The position numbers were made by a program, and so were the translations under genes. This document shows, piece by piece, positions 37,201-49,550 of a stretch of 64,000 bases of DNA (positions are counted from its first letter, which is position 1; every line of letters begins with the position of its first letter). Source of the stretch: Selaginella moellendorffii (taxonomy: Eukaryota > Plantae > Lycopodiophyta); NCBI RefSeq assembly GCF_000143415.4, contig NW_003314262.1, forward strand, positions 3,293,256 to 3,357,255, written 5' to 3'. A model generated the notes under the pieces. The model did not search any database. It was not told where the DNA came from and saw only the letters and a list, made by a program, of their open reading frames with translations.

Positions 37201-39567
37201 ATGAATGTAATACCCCAGGCACGAGATAAAGGTTCATGGGCAAGCACGAACTAAATGACTACTCGAATCCAACTCAACCGCGATAAACTCACTAACACAT
37301 CTAGTCAATAGCTCTGAGCATGCTTTGAAGAGGCTAGCTATGCATGATCAACACTCAGCTGAAACTAAAGTGAAGACTATGAGATGAACTCATATCAGTA
37401 CACAACCTCCTCATAGACAAAGCTATAATATGAGTATCAACATATCAACCTCAAACAACTAAGTTGGATATCACTATCCTCAGCCAAAGTGTAGAACCAC
37501 CAAGACCAAGTCAAGATCAGTGAGAACTCACTACTCTCATAAAGTCTAATGAAATGCAAAGTGCAACCTACCACCAAGCACAACGCTACAGAAAAAATGC
37601 ACAAGGGTCACCCTTCTTAGAAAAGCGCAATGGCCACTTTTCTATACCAACTCCAGACTCTATCCAACTCAATCGCCTTAGCCCCAAAAGTTAGCATCCC
37701 TTTCGGGTTGCACCATATAAACTACCTACTAAGGTGTAAGCTAACCAAAGTCAACTCCAACCCCCTTCACTAGTTTGTATTGGTTTACGGAAACGGAATG
37801 GTTTTCAAGCAAAGTGATCAACAGATCAGCCATTCGAAAAGTCTAAGAAAATTTGTGGAAAATTTTTATCTTAAAGAAAAAATAACTCTTAGTCCAGGAA
37901 TGCAAATTTTCAAGACTTAATCAACTTCCTTCTACTAACAACTTCACATAAGTTCACCTCAACACCAATTTCCATGACTCATAGTATGCTTAAGCATCAA
38001 ATATCTTTGCCCATACTTCCGACATCTAACACTAACATCCGCAAAGTGCAAAGTGAACATCTAAGGCTTGATCATGAGGACCACATCTTTAGACATCCAC
38101 ATTGCACTAACACTTTTCTTCAACCACCTTCAAGATCTAATATGAAGCCAAAACACTAACAAGAAACATGATATGAAAATTCAAGGTTTAAGGAAAATTC
38201 CTGATCACTCAAAACAACAATGCCACTTCCACTAACACAAGTGTTAGTAATGTCAATGCCTCAACAACACATCTTCTCCATCTAACAATCTACTTCAAGT
38301 GCTAACGGAGAAACCAACAAGTTATAGCAAGTGAATGATATAACCTTTTTCCAACACCTTATAGGCAAACCCTCAAGGAAACAAGGTAACAACTTAAGCT
38401 CAGCACAATGGACCACTATCGAGAATTTAGTCAAAACTACTACAATGCTACTATTTGCAAATAGACTAACTTCACTATCAACCACTTTGGGGTTGATCAT
38501 CGTCTAACCAAGCAACTTCGTAAACACATTACTCATTATCACATGGATATGATATAAAGTCACAATGACTTGATCATCAATTGAGCAACACCACAAGTAA
38601 TGCCAATGTTATTACTTCAAAGGTTTATGTGAGCATCAAGTGCCAACTCAATTCGACAAAATGCAACATAAATGCCACACTCCACCGATAGAGTTTTATA
38701 ACACTGAACACCACTAACTTTTGTTCACAACACGGACAAGCTCATGCCACTCGCTATTCGACCAAACTCAAAACTTAATCTAACACCAAGCTACTCAAGG
38801 AGCAACAGCAAGGTTCCCCGGAAAAGAATTAAGCATTGCAACACAAGTCTTCCAATAGCAAGCCTAGACAAAATGGTTTAGTGCATCACCACTATCCATC
38901 ACACGACTCACCACTTGTAAGACCACCATAACCAACATGTATCAAGGTAGGGTCTCTTGATTGCATAATGTGAACACGAGCAATGAGTTAACACATTGTT
39001 GCAAATCATCTCTCCAAGAAGGGAAGATGATTTACGTGTTTGATCCTTCATCCTTGACGACTCTCTTTTCGGTCTTATCTTTGACTAAACCTTAAGCTTG
39101 CATTTGCACTGCCTTCAGTCCAATCCAAGAAAAGTTTATGAGAGAGCATGGCAATGATTACTTGAATCAATAGACTAATCCCTACAGTCTTGATTGATCC
39201 ACTCATAATCATGCTTAGGAAGGATCCACTAGTGCCATGCTAAACAGTTATGGACCAGCCTATTTGCCACTCATAGCAAACCTAGGGAAGGTTTACTTTC
39301 ACCCATGGTACATGGAACAACTCATGGAACCACCGATAGGATAACATTAATCCTGCCAACTCAAAGTGTAACCTTGAGTTGCTAATGTGCCTCACTCACG
39401 AGCCCAAGCTCAAACTCGTGCAAATGGAACAACTCAATCCCTCTTGTGAGCTCAAGCTTAAGCTCATAGAATATGGTACAACAATGTAACTAAATCCATA
39501 CCCAAGGAACAACGCGAAGTCTTTGCACCCAAACGTGTACCCACTCGGATCATCATTTTCATCTCTA

Positions 39568-41780
39568 CGATGCGCTTTTGGACAATTGCGCGTAAACTTT
39601 CTTGAATATATAGTCAATGGTGGCGTAATTGAGGTCGATCCAAAGAAAGTGGAAGCGGTGAAGTCCTGGGAAGTCTTAACCACTGTATCAAATGTTCATT
39701 CCTTTCTCGGTTTGGTGGGATATTATCGCAAGTTTGTCTACAATTTTGCAAGAATTGCTCTTCCGTTAACTGAGTTGATGAAGAGTAGTATTCCGTTTCA
39801 TTGGACACCAGCTTGTCAACGTGCTTTTGTACGGTTGAAGGAGATCTTGACTACGGTTCTTGTTCTCAGGATCCCAGATCTTGATAAACCCTTCGAAGTG
39901 CATTGTGATGCATCTGGCTATGCTATTGGTGTGATGTTGCAGCAAGATTGTAACAAAGCAATGGGTGTTACATTAAGGTGACATAGTTGTCCCGTTGCAT
40001 TCTATTCCAAGAAATTGGATGAAACTCAACGAAGATGGCCAACGCATGAGAAAGAGATGTTCGCTATAGTGTCAACCCTGGAACACTGGAGACACTACTT
40101 GGGTGGACATACCAAAGTTTATACAGATAGTAACACACTTAGCTACTTTGCTACGCAGCCTAAGCTTATGCTGAAGTAGGCTTGTTGGCAAGAGAAGCTT
40201 GCTAGATATGATATTAAAATCATATATAAACATGGTAAAGACAATATTGTTCCAGATGCATTGAGTCGTCAAGCTTAGTTCCGAGCAATATCGGCAATCA
40301 GTTCGGACTGGTTAGAGGACTTTCGGGCTTCGTATGGTAATGATCTGTTGGTGAAGGCAATCTTACACTGTGTGGAGTTGTCGAAGCAAAACCCTGGTAG
40401 CGAAGCAACGAAAGTTGCTAGTCGAACCAATGTGAAGCTTCACTTCTCAGTTCGGGATGGGCTTATATTCTATAAGCAAGAAAGATTGTATCTTCCCTCT
40501 AAGGATCTACATCAGTTATTTCTGCGGGAACATCATGATGTTCCAGCAGCGGGACATAGTGGATAGCAAAAGACTCTAGCTTCGTTGAAAAAGGGATTTT
40601 TCTGGTCTGGTATGGAAGGTGATGTAGCGGACTATGTCCGTTCCTGCCCTATATGCCAACAATGTAAGCGCAAAGCTGAGAAGCAAGCTGGAAAGTTGCA
40701 GTGCAATCTAGAACCGGCATGGCCATTTTAGAGTGTGACACTTGATTTCGTCACTTGCTTGCTGAAGTCTAAGGGTTATGATACTTTGATGGTGGTTGTG
40801 GATTGGTTGTCGAAGATTGCACACTTCATTCCAACTGTGGGAACAATAAATGCAAAACAAGTAGCAAAGCTCTTTTTCCATGAAGTAGTGCGAGTTCATG
40901 GTCTTCCTGAAGAGATGATCTCGGATAGAGATTCGAGGTTTACAGGGAAGTTTTGGGGCACATTGTTTCAGCTGTTTGGTACTAAGTTGAAGTTTAGTAT
41001 GGCTTATCATCCTCAGACTGATGGGCAGACCAAATGCGTGAATGCTCAAGTTGAGGATTATCTGCAGTACTATGTCGCGGCAAACCAACGCAACTGGGTT
41101 AAGCATTTAGACACAGTAGAAATTTGTTATAACAACACATTTCACAGTGCTATTAGCTGTTCTCCATGGGAGATGGTGCAAGGAAATGCTCGTGGGGTTC
41201 CTCAACAGATTGTTGTACCGAAACCAATGCCTGAAATGTTGGTCCCAGCTATTGAGATTTATGCGGACCAACTACGCCAAGGTTGGTCTAGAGCTACTGA
41301 GGCGATGGGCAAAGCTCAGGATAGGTATCGACGTCATAAGATTAGCATCGTTGAGATGTATCCCATCAAGTGGGAGATCAGGTGTGGCTATCTTCTCGGA
41401 ACTTGAATATTAAGGGCTTCTTGTCCCAGAAGCTATTACCAAGATATATTGAACCCTATCGGGTATTGAAGCGAGTTGGTGATGTATCCTATAAGTTGGA
41501 TCTTCTGGATGAGTTGTTTCATGTCAGTTTACTGGCACCATATCGTGTTGATGCGGATCGCTCTATGGACATTCGTCCCCCTCCGGAAGTTGTGAATAGT
41601 GACATGGAGTATGAGGTCGAGACGATTCTCTTGTCCCACAAAGCTTGTGGTGGTTGTTCCAAGGAATATCTAGTTAAGTGGAAAGGTTACCCGGCTTGTG
41701 AATCAACTTGGGAACCTCTTAGGAATCTTACACATGCTCGTGAGCTTGTTACAGAGTATGAAAATCGTAATAAAGATTAG
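39568..41780 (+). pseudogene. Gypsy A pol 3' part: RT tail, RNase H, integrase, chromodomain
   Basis: SFLGLVGYYRKFV, HCDASGYAIG, HHDVPAAGH...CPICQQC, ISDRDSRF, AYHPQTDGQT, EYEVETIL...YLVKWKGY...STWEP. Confidence 0.92.
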
Positions 41781-42749
41781 CTTTTGTAAATCTTGTAATA
41801 AATCTTGCAAATTAATAAAGTAATATATTTCTATAAATCAAAGTGTCATTTCTCTTGTTCGTTTGTACTTGGGTTAGTTTTGGCAGGCTGACTTAAGCAC
41901 TTCAGTGCATGGGTCTAATCCATAACCATAGGGATAACTATTATAGACTGATCACAAGTCCCCACCTCTCTCTCGATGATTCATTTTCAAAAAGGGGCAT
42001 GGTTGTGTAAACAACTTAATCTGCCAATTTATAATAGTTGTCTAAATCTTCCCGATGGGGTTGATTTCTTGCTCAAGAGAAGTTGGGCTTCTAGCCTTCT
42101 CCCTATGTCCCTGTGGGCAGGGATGTATCATTCCTTTGTATACTTGGAGCAGCAAGGCTAGCTAACTCCGTTAATCATTTCCTTGTCGGTGATGGCCAGA
42201 GGGTGTCTAAGTCTTAATGTCTTTGGACGTAGAGGAGAGGTCGTTCCATAACTCATTTAAGTCAGTGCATTTCCCACATAGTGTGCTTTCCGTTAAATTT
42301 CGGAGTTAAGCTCTATTTCGTTAAAGTGGGAATTGTCATTATCCCACTTGTAAAATAAGGTTTCCAAACCTTTATATAGTATATAAATATAACAAAATTC
42401 AACTGCATTGAGGCACATGCCATTTTATTTTAAACAAGGAAATGTCTACTCAATCACTTTTCCTCCCTCTGCCACTGCTTCACCTCTCTCTTCTCCTTGT
42501 CATCGTCGTCCAATTTCTTTCCATCCTTTTAATATTGGCTCAGTTGCTCCGAGTCTAGGTGGAGCCCAAGTCCCCATTCAATCTTTACTTTCCCCTTATT
42601 AATAAAACAACTTCGTAGACTTCCAATAACATGTTATAACACTTCTAGTATAATGCAAATCCTCTCAAAGAATTGTCTTTTAATATTAATACAATGGCAT
42701 GGAACCCCATGCCATAATAAGTTACATTTTTAAATAAATACATGCCATC

Positions 42750-43612
42750 TCAGACTGTTATTTTTTGCCTCCAACGCCTATACAATAATCTTGGAATTTC
42801 ATCACTCTCCACACTATCAGGATTTAAACCCAATAGTAATGCCATCTCTTCTCTAATACGTCCACGCTCATGTTCAGTGGTCGAAGAACCCATCCGGTTG
42901 AGCAGATTATGGAGATGCGGATAGTGCTTGGCTAGACAATATACATGCCATAAATGATGACTGGTGTCTATCCAATCAAATGGCTTCTGATATACCGTTC
43001 CATCTGCCATTTGGTTGATTTCTGCAGCCACCTCCTGGACTGGCCGGTTCTCTATCACCATCGCTCCAAGCCGTTTTGCAAGGTCCCCCAGAACATACGG
43101 TTTCTTCTCCCTAGTTTCCATATTGCAAGAGATGGGGTGCACTGCATATGTATGCGTGTTCACTGCAGTTTTAATCGGCGAGTCATCGATGATGAGGATT
43201 TCACTTGACCTAGCAGTCCGGTTCATCACTACAGCCTCTGGCTTGACGAAGATGGGATTGCTACCCCTCACATAGACCATAGTCAAGCAATCCTCCTACG
43301 TTAGGAGAAAGTCAAATGGTAATATTACTCGCGTCTGATCGTGCATCATCTGTAGCAACGTTAATGCATTGTGGCGCATCATGGATGTCCAAACTCCCAA
43401 TTGCAAATTGAACCCGGCCCTCTGTTTTAAGTGTCGCATGGTCATTATTAGATCCCGCAATTTCTCCCACGTGATTAATGTGAATCTGTCTCTTTTGACC
43501 AACTTGCAACCACAGGCTTTGGAGGGTGCAGTGACATTCGAGGACGAACCATGCTTATGGGAGAAAAGGACACCGTTCAGATCAAAAATGATACAGTACC
43601 TTCGCCGTGACT
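42750..43612 (-). pseudogene. FCP1/SCP-like (NIF) HAD phosphatase domain, likely terminal exon of the cargo gene (one TAG)
   Basis: IIFDLNGVLF...LGVWTSM...LLT*EDC...NPIFVKP...ILIIDDSPIKT...AVHP. Confidence 0.75.
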
Positions 43613-43627
43613 CTGAAATGAAATGCG

Positions 43628-46078
43628 TCAGTATAAAAAATGGTACAAGTCAATTTTACCATCTACAATATTAGCGAATGGTGCTCCCGATGGTCGTTGA
43701 GAGGGTTTTGGTCGAGGAAACGTGAAGGGCGGAAATACTCTCCTCTGCAATGTGGGGTCAATCGCATCCGATGGCGTGTGGGCACATGCCATTTCAGCTG
43801 TAGACTCTGGTACAACTGGCTCAACAGTGGCATGGGGTGGTTTCGATGGCGTGTGATCACACGCCATTTCAGCTGGTGCCTCCATTGGCAAAGTGGACAT
43901 GACCGAACAGGCAGCAAGAGCGGTGTAGGGAGGTTCCAACGGCGCGTAGTCAGACGATTGGGCACACGTTGAGTCCGTTGGAAATGAGGATACGACCGGC
44001 TCGGCGGCTGGGGCGGCCTCATGCGGGTCCAATAGCGCCTGGTCACCGTCAGTTGGATACATAGAGAAGATTGACTTAGTGGTATGGGCAGCATCAAGTG
44101 GAGCGTGGTCAGCTTGCTTGGCGTTGATATGGATAGTAGCCTCCGCCAGCTCTGATGACTCTTGCAAGCAAGTAGAGTCCACTAGCGGATCCATATGCAT
44201 GTCCAAATATCTCCCTTCGATTGAGATGGTATCCTCCCGTGCTACTAAAAACAAACTCATTAGCACATTGAATCGACTATACTGTATTTACCATCAACTG
44301 CTATTGAGGAACTAGGATCGATATCACTTGGGCACATTGTTGATTCTGAAGGATTGGACATACGTTTCGACCCTTGCTTGGCACTATCCTTCCTCGACAC
44401 TAAAGGCTAGAGTTTGTATCTTAATTCAACTGAATAATCTCTACTTACCATTTGCTCTGCGACCTACATGGACAATGTTAGAAATGGTAAAAGGTTAGGA
44501 ATGGATGTACTATTATTTACCTGATGGTTTGTCTTGTATGACCTTTCTCCGCTACTCTTTGGCCACCTCAGGCTGGCCATCGTCGTCATCATCGTCGTCG
44601 TCGTTATTGTGATCGTCACCATTGTGAGGACCATCCAAGTCCTCTTCATCCTCCTCTTCTTCGTCCTCCTCTTCTTTGTCCTCATCTTCGTCCTTCTGCT
44701 CTTCCTGCTCATTATCTTTCTCTGGCTCCTCATCCCCCTCCTGCATTTCTTCCATAGGCTGCTCAGGCTGGATGGCTTGTTCTTCCAGGACCATCTTGGG
44801 AAAATCATCTGGCCGAGTCTCCATCTCAAAATACAAGACATCCATAGCCTGTTTTAGTGCGTGACCTAGGACCGTATCCTCACCCGACTGTCTTAACATG
44901 GTTTCTGCATGTTCTTGCACCCTTCGAAGACGACGAGATAAGAAAAACGTGGCCCTGACTTGAAAAGCATCCCTCATCCATTGTACCTCTCCATTGAGAT
45001 TGGGGAAGGGGAGTCCGCCATAGGAATCTGAGTCAGGAGGTGGTGACTGGCTGCTTTCACTTAGCCCTTGATCTGCAATGAATGGCATGAGCACACATGC
45101 CATAACCGCGAGGCATTACCTATCATCTTTTCGTTGCCCTTCTTCTTTTTCGAATCAAACGCCTCTGATCCCGACGACTGTCCAACGTGCTTTTGCTTTT
45201 TATGACCACTGTCAGTTTGAGCTTGATCTGCAAGAAATGGCATGAGGACCCACGCAATAACCATGACGCTTTACTTCCCGTCCTTAGAGGCTCTGTCATG
45301 CCTTCTGCATCCTCAGGTGCCTGCTCCTCAATTCCCTTTCGCTTTCGTTTCTTATGCGCCCGTTCTACAGAAATAGCATGAGGACATACGTGATAAGCAC
45401 ACAAATGCTTTTACCCTTCCTCCTCTGCCCTGGTCGGTTGTCCATCTCTTTGTCTACAGCGTCTGAAAGCTGTTTTGCAGGTAGCCTAATTCGAGGTTCA
45501 CGACGTCTCCTTGGCATTTGAATTGTATATTATTGCATCAACACATGCAACATCCCATAATATTTTTAAGTTACCTTTCATAAAGTTTTCCATTGGTTCA
45601 ACTCGTTCCCCTGAAATACAAACTTAGATAAGTGCATGGGGCCATATGTCATGATCGTACCTGTTTCGGAACTCTCCTTATCACTCTTCGAGGCCTCCCC
45701 CTCCTCCACTGGAGGCACGTTGTTCCGTTCAATTTCCTCGACGCGATCTGCAAGATCATTAGTTAATTGCGTGGGGCCACACGCCATCAAACCTTCAGGT
45801 TCTTGTCGTGAGGTCTGCGCTGCTTGCCATAGTCTCTTTGGAATTTGAGCTGCAAGAAGCAATGGCATGAGAATTCACGTATAACAAAAATGATTGGTAC
45901 CTCTCGTCCGTTGTACTTGGCTGGTGCTTGCCTGTTTTGCCTTTGAAGAAGTGTCTCCTGCAAGGAATGGCATGAGACCACACGCCATTGCAAATATAAT
46001 TTGTACCTCCTTTTTTCCTATTGCTTGTCTGTTTGTCCTTCTTCGACGCGCCACTAGTGCGCTTTTCAGTCCTCGTGT
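43628..46078 (-). pseudogene. Low-complexity linker exons (basic, acidic and Pro-rich) of the cargo gene, separated by 45-56 nt introns
   Basis: Short GT-AG-bounded exons encoding KKRKRK-rich, poly-E/D (44550-44750) and Pro/Ala-rich segments. Confidence 0.55.
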
Positions 46079-46134
46079 CTGAATATTCACAACGATCTAT
46101 AATCAAAATGGCGTGAGGCCTCACGTGACCTTAC

Positions 46135-48622
46135 CTTGTGCAGGTTGTGAGCTCGGCCCAACATGGGTATCTTCAACAGTAGCTGTTAACGCCGTTTCAG
46201 CATCTAGGGGTGGCCACGCTCCTGCATACAGAGCTTGTGAGATAACATTTAAACTTAGTGCGTACTCACCAGGTTCGCAGAGAAGATACTGTTTTTCTTT
46301 GGCAACTGTAATTATATGCTCCATTGAAGTCACCTCTTCAATGGAGTTTGTCACCGCAACACACGGAACACCCTTGAGTAGTGCGGCTCGAAAGAATAGT
46401 CCGCCGCAGTTGTACTCGACAACGCATTTGCCCTTGGAGTCGGAAGCAGGTGACCCACCCGCTATTACGTTGAAGACCCAGCTGAGCATTTCCCATGCTG
46501 CACCTGGAGCTTTCTCTGGATTCGAAAGCTCCATAGCCGTCTTCAGTTCCTTAGGCACGGGTAAATTGACCTCCCTCAGATCAATTCAGTCGGCCTTGTC
46601 GAACGAAGCTGGGAAGTCACTCCAGTCCCACTCTGCTGCAGGACCAATAACAAGGGCGAGTGTGAAGATGCGGACATTCGTCGGTATCTTCTTCTTAGCC
46701 ATTATCCCATGGATCTCCCGCATCTCCTTGCCTTTCAACCGAGCCTTCACCTCGTTCAAGGCCTTCCAAAACTTGTGATAGGATTCGGAGTCGTAGATCA
46801 TATAGTGGACTGAAGATTCCACCTTCGCAAGTCCCACCATTAAGTCAATGATGGAGCTGACTTTGTCTGCATGAGTGATCTCCTCATTTGTGAAGTCCAT
46901 CACACAAAAGATGTTCTTGACCTGCTCATCTCCGTGGGAAACGATGCTCCTCCACCTTTGATCCTCATCCGGATTCACGTATACCCGGTAAGGTTCTCGA
47001 TAGGCCTCTGCTGCGGGGTCGAGCTGTTTCTGAAGCCAGCGGTCGACATCCCTCTTAATGAAATTTGGATACTGATCCAACTTCTCAGCTTTACTTTTCG
47101 TGGCATCCCGCAGCAGATCGATGAACTTGGGGGCCCCCTTCACATACTCGTCGATGTCTTCATTTGACAACTCCAGCTCTTCCATCATCTCTTGCATGGT
47201 GTCGATGCTCACCCTCTCCACGGCCACTTGCTCGAAGATCCAATCCTTCAATAGCGCACGAGCTCTCAGAGTCGTGCACAAGTCCTCGTATGTCACAATA
47301 TGGCCGAGAGTCATTTTGGTCTTGTTGAAGACTACCTCACCACGTAGAAGAGCATTAGCCACTGTCAGAAGGTCGTCGTCGTCTAGAGACCGCGAGAAAC
47401 GCAAGGCGTTGAGCTTCAAATCATTGGGCTTCCGGCCGTCCTCCACACCCATTGAGTTTAGCAACTCCCCATCATGGTACCTCCTCAGCACATCTACCCA
47501 TTTGTCAAAAACAACTTTTGTCGCGAGTAGAATGTTATGGATGCTGAGTGTGTCATTGACCCCCAGTGTTTTTGAGAGAAGACTCGAGAATTCCTGCAAT
47601 GGAAATGGCGTGAGGCCACATGCTATGCCACATGCAACGAGGCTTACCTGCCAGGCGCTAGTTGCTAGTGCACGTCCTTGTCCTGGTTTTTGTGGCTTCT
47701 TCAGTTGAACCCAGAGCTTCCGTGTTCGTGCCAATGTCTCATGCAGACCCGATTTGTAGCACGTTTCTTGCTTGACATTCTACGCGTGGGAGATGTATAT
47801 GATAGATCGGAGGGGCGAGTTGCCTTTTATCAGGCGGACAACTCTTGTCTTGAAGACTTTCTTCACCTCCTCGCCCACCATAATATCCACAACTATCTCT
47901 TGCATCGCCAAGCTAGAATGCTGCCCGGAGACGGCATAGAACCGGATGTTCTGATCGTCCAACACCTTCCTATTGATCAAGTCTGGAAACCTCGTCTCGC
48001 CCTTCATTGTTCGGTAGTAGGGGATCACGTCTGCGATGTCGGATGTTATTGGACTTGCCAGCATCTTCTGCTTCAGTTTCTCCACCCACTCATCAGATAC
48101 TAGCCTGTGGTTGTATTTGCTTTGGATGTCGATGTGGCTCACGTCGATTGTATATACTTTGTTGGAATAGTAACAAGTACTATTATCTGCGACGATTTTT
48201 GCTGCCTCTTCTTGCTCTTTCTACTCTTTGCGGCTCTTCTTTTTGGTGGGTGTAGTGTTTGAACCCGAGGCAATGGCATCACCGAGTAGCTTCTTTTTTG
48301 GAGCAGGAGAGTCGGACGTCGGCTTGAGCTTGACCACCCTTTTCTGCTTCGGGGTAGTTTCCAGATCGACCCCCTTCCCCTTCGCTTCGCGAACTAGAGT
48401 CACTCTCAACAGCTCAATGTTGGAATATAGTTTTTGAACATCGCCATAGGTGAGGTCCGTGGATTCCATGTGATCTTCATAGACCCGCAGCGTCTTTGAA
48501 ATTGTGGGCCTCCTGGACAACCTCTCCCTAGCTCCTTCTAGGAATTCCTCATAGCCGCTGCCCCCCTCCGGGAAGCCGCTAGGATGTGCTATAGATGTGC
48601 TAGAAATCTCCCGGGACGCCAA
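46135..48622 (-). pseudogene. ParB-like N-terminal domain, helical region and degenerate beta-class DNA amino-methyltransferase-like domain
   Basis: One frame across three in-frame stops: VYTIDVSHIDI..NHRLVSDEWVEKLK..FYAVSGQHSSLAM (ParB-like); CVMDFT..EKAPG..WVF..KCVVEYNCGG.FFRAALLKGVPCVAV (MTase motif IV then X-I order). Confidence 0.6.
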
Positions 48623-49531
48623 GTGGGCTGCGTGTGGGTGGCGGAGTGGGTGGCGGAGTTGGCGGCGAAGTTACAAACTGGGTGTGTCTTGAAGTGGACG
48701 CCGATGCACACGAGCGCGATGCGAGCGCAAGTGTGATGCAAGCGCGAGTGGACGCCGATGCACACGAGAAACCTGTAGAGAAGGTAGATGAGTGCGAATG
48801 TGAGCGTGATCACGAGTGGGAGCGCGATGCGAGCGCGAGTGTGCGAGCGTGAGTACGAAGCAAAATGCAAAACCTAACCTCACACGCGCGAAATGTCACG
48901 ACAGTTGGTAATCCCGCAACATCATCATTCCTTGAACTTGGGCGCCACCATTAATTTCTGGATCGCCGCGTGCATGCATGCACGTGAAATCCAAAAGAAA
49001 TCCGCAACGTCATCATTCCTCGGACTGCATGCACGCGAAATCCAAAAGAAAGATCATGATTGGGATATCATTTAATACCCTCACTATATTTATACCATGC
49101 ATGATTGGATATTCCAAAGCATCTTATATTTCCAAAAATGCCAGATGTTCAGCTAAATAAAGAATGGTATACAATGTCCTTCTTGATGACCCTGCAAAGA
49201 AGCATCTCAATCGGACACCACATGAGACCACACGAACCTTACAATGTTTCAGGGGCATTTGCCATAGATCCAACCGTTATTTTGCTCCAAGATTCTACAG
49301 TTTGGTGTGCATTGACCTTTCCATCGACACTGCAAAGGGACATCACAATCAGATGCGGGATCACAAGAAACCAACTTCACTAACTCTAGTTTCACCAAGA
49401 TCTACGTAAGGAGTTATGAAATGAAAGGACCCTCTCTATTGAAATGTGTTTATGGTCCTAGGGGCATTATGACATATCAAAGGATTTTGCATCAAGTTTT
49501 GTATTTGCATGTTTATCAAGCTACTGAATTG

Positions 49532-49550
49532 CTAAACCCTAAACCCTAAA
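49532..49550. repeat. Short plant telomeric-type repeat (CCCTAAA)n
   Basis: CTAAACCCTAAACCCTAAA. Confidence 0.7.

Larger units (their letters stand above)
29829..39567. mobile_element. Family B copy 2 inserted into Gypsy A pol: partial LTR (+) followed by an inverted internal region; most of A's RT is lost
   Basis: LTR start TGTCGCGAATGTGAC at 29829, continuing 34412-34790. 34790-35180 is the 3' UTR in minus orientation. 35180-39567 is the reverse complement of the copy 1/3 internal sequence. Confidence 0.75.

Noticed and set aside
35200-39567. Possible env-like glycoprotein (many N-x-S/T sequons and Cys) on the + strand of the family B interior
   Set aside because: An A/C-rich strand yields N/T/K/Q codons and few stops by chance; all frames are interrupted and no recognisable motif was found. 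Kept only as an open question.
45073-46134. Palindromes at roughly 100-150 bp spacing resembling a CRISPR array
   Set aside because: Copies are degenerate and irregularly spaced, sit in spliceosomal-type introns of a eukaryotic gene, and no cas genes are present.
49532-49550. True telomere or chromosome-fusion scar
   Set aside because: Fewer than three repeat units, inside a transposon.
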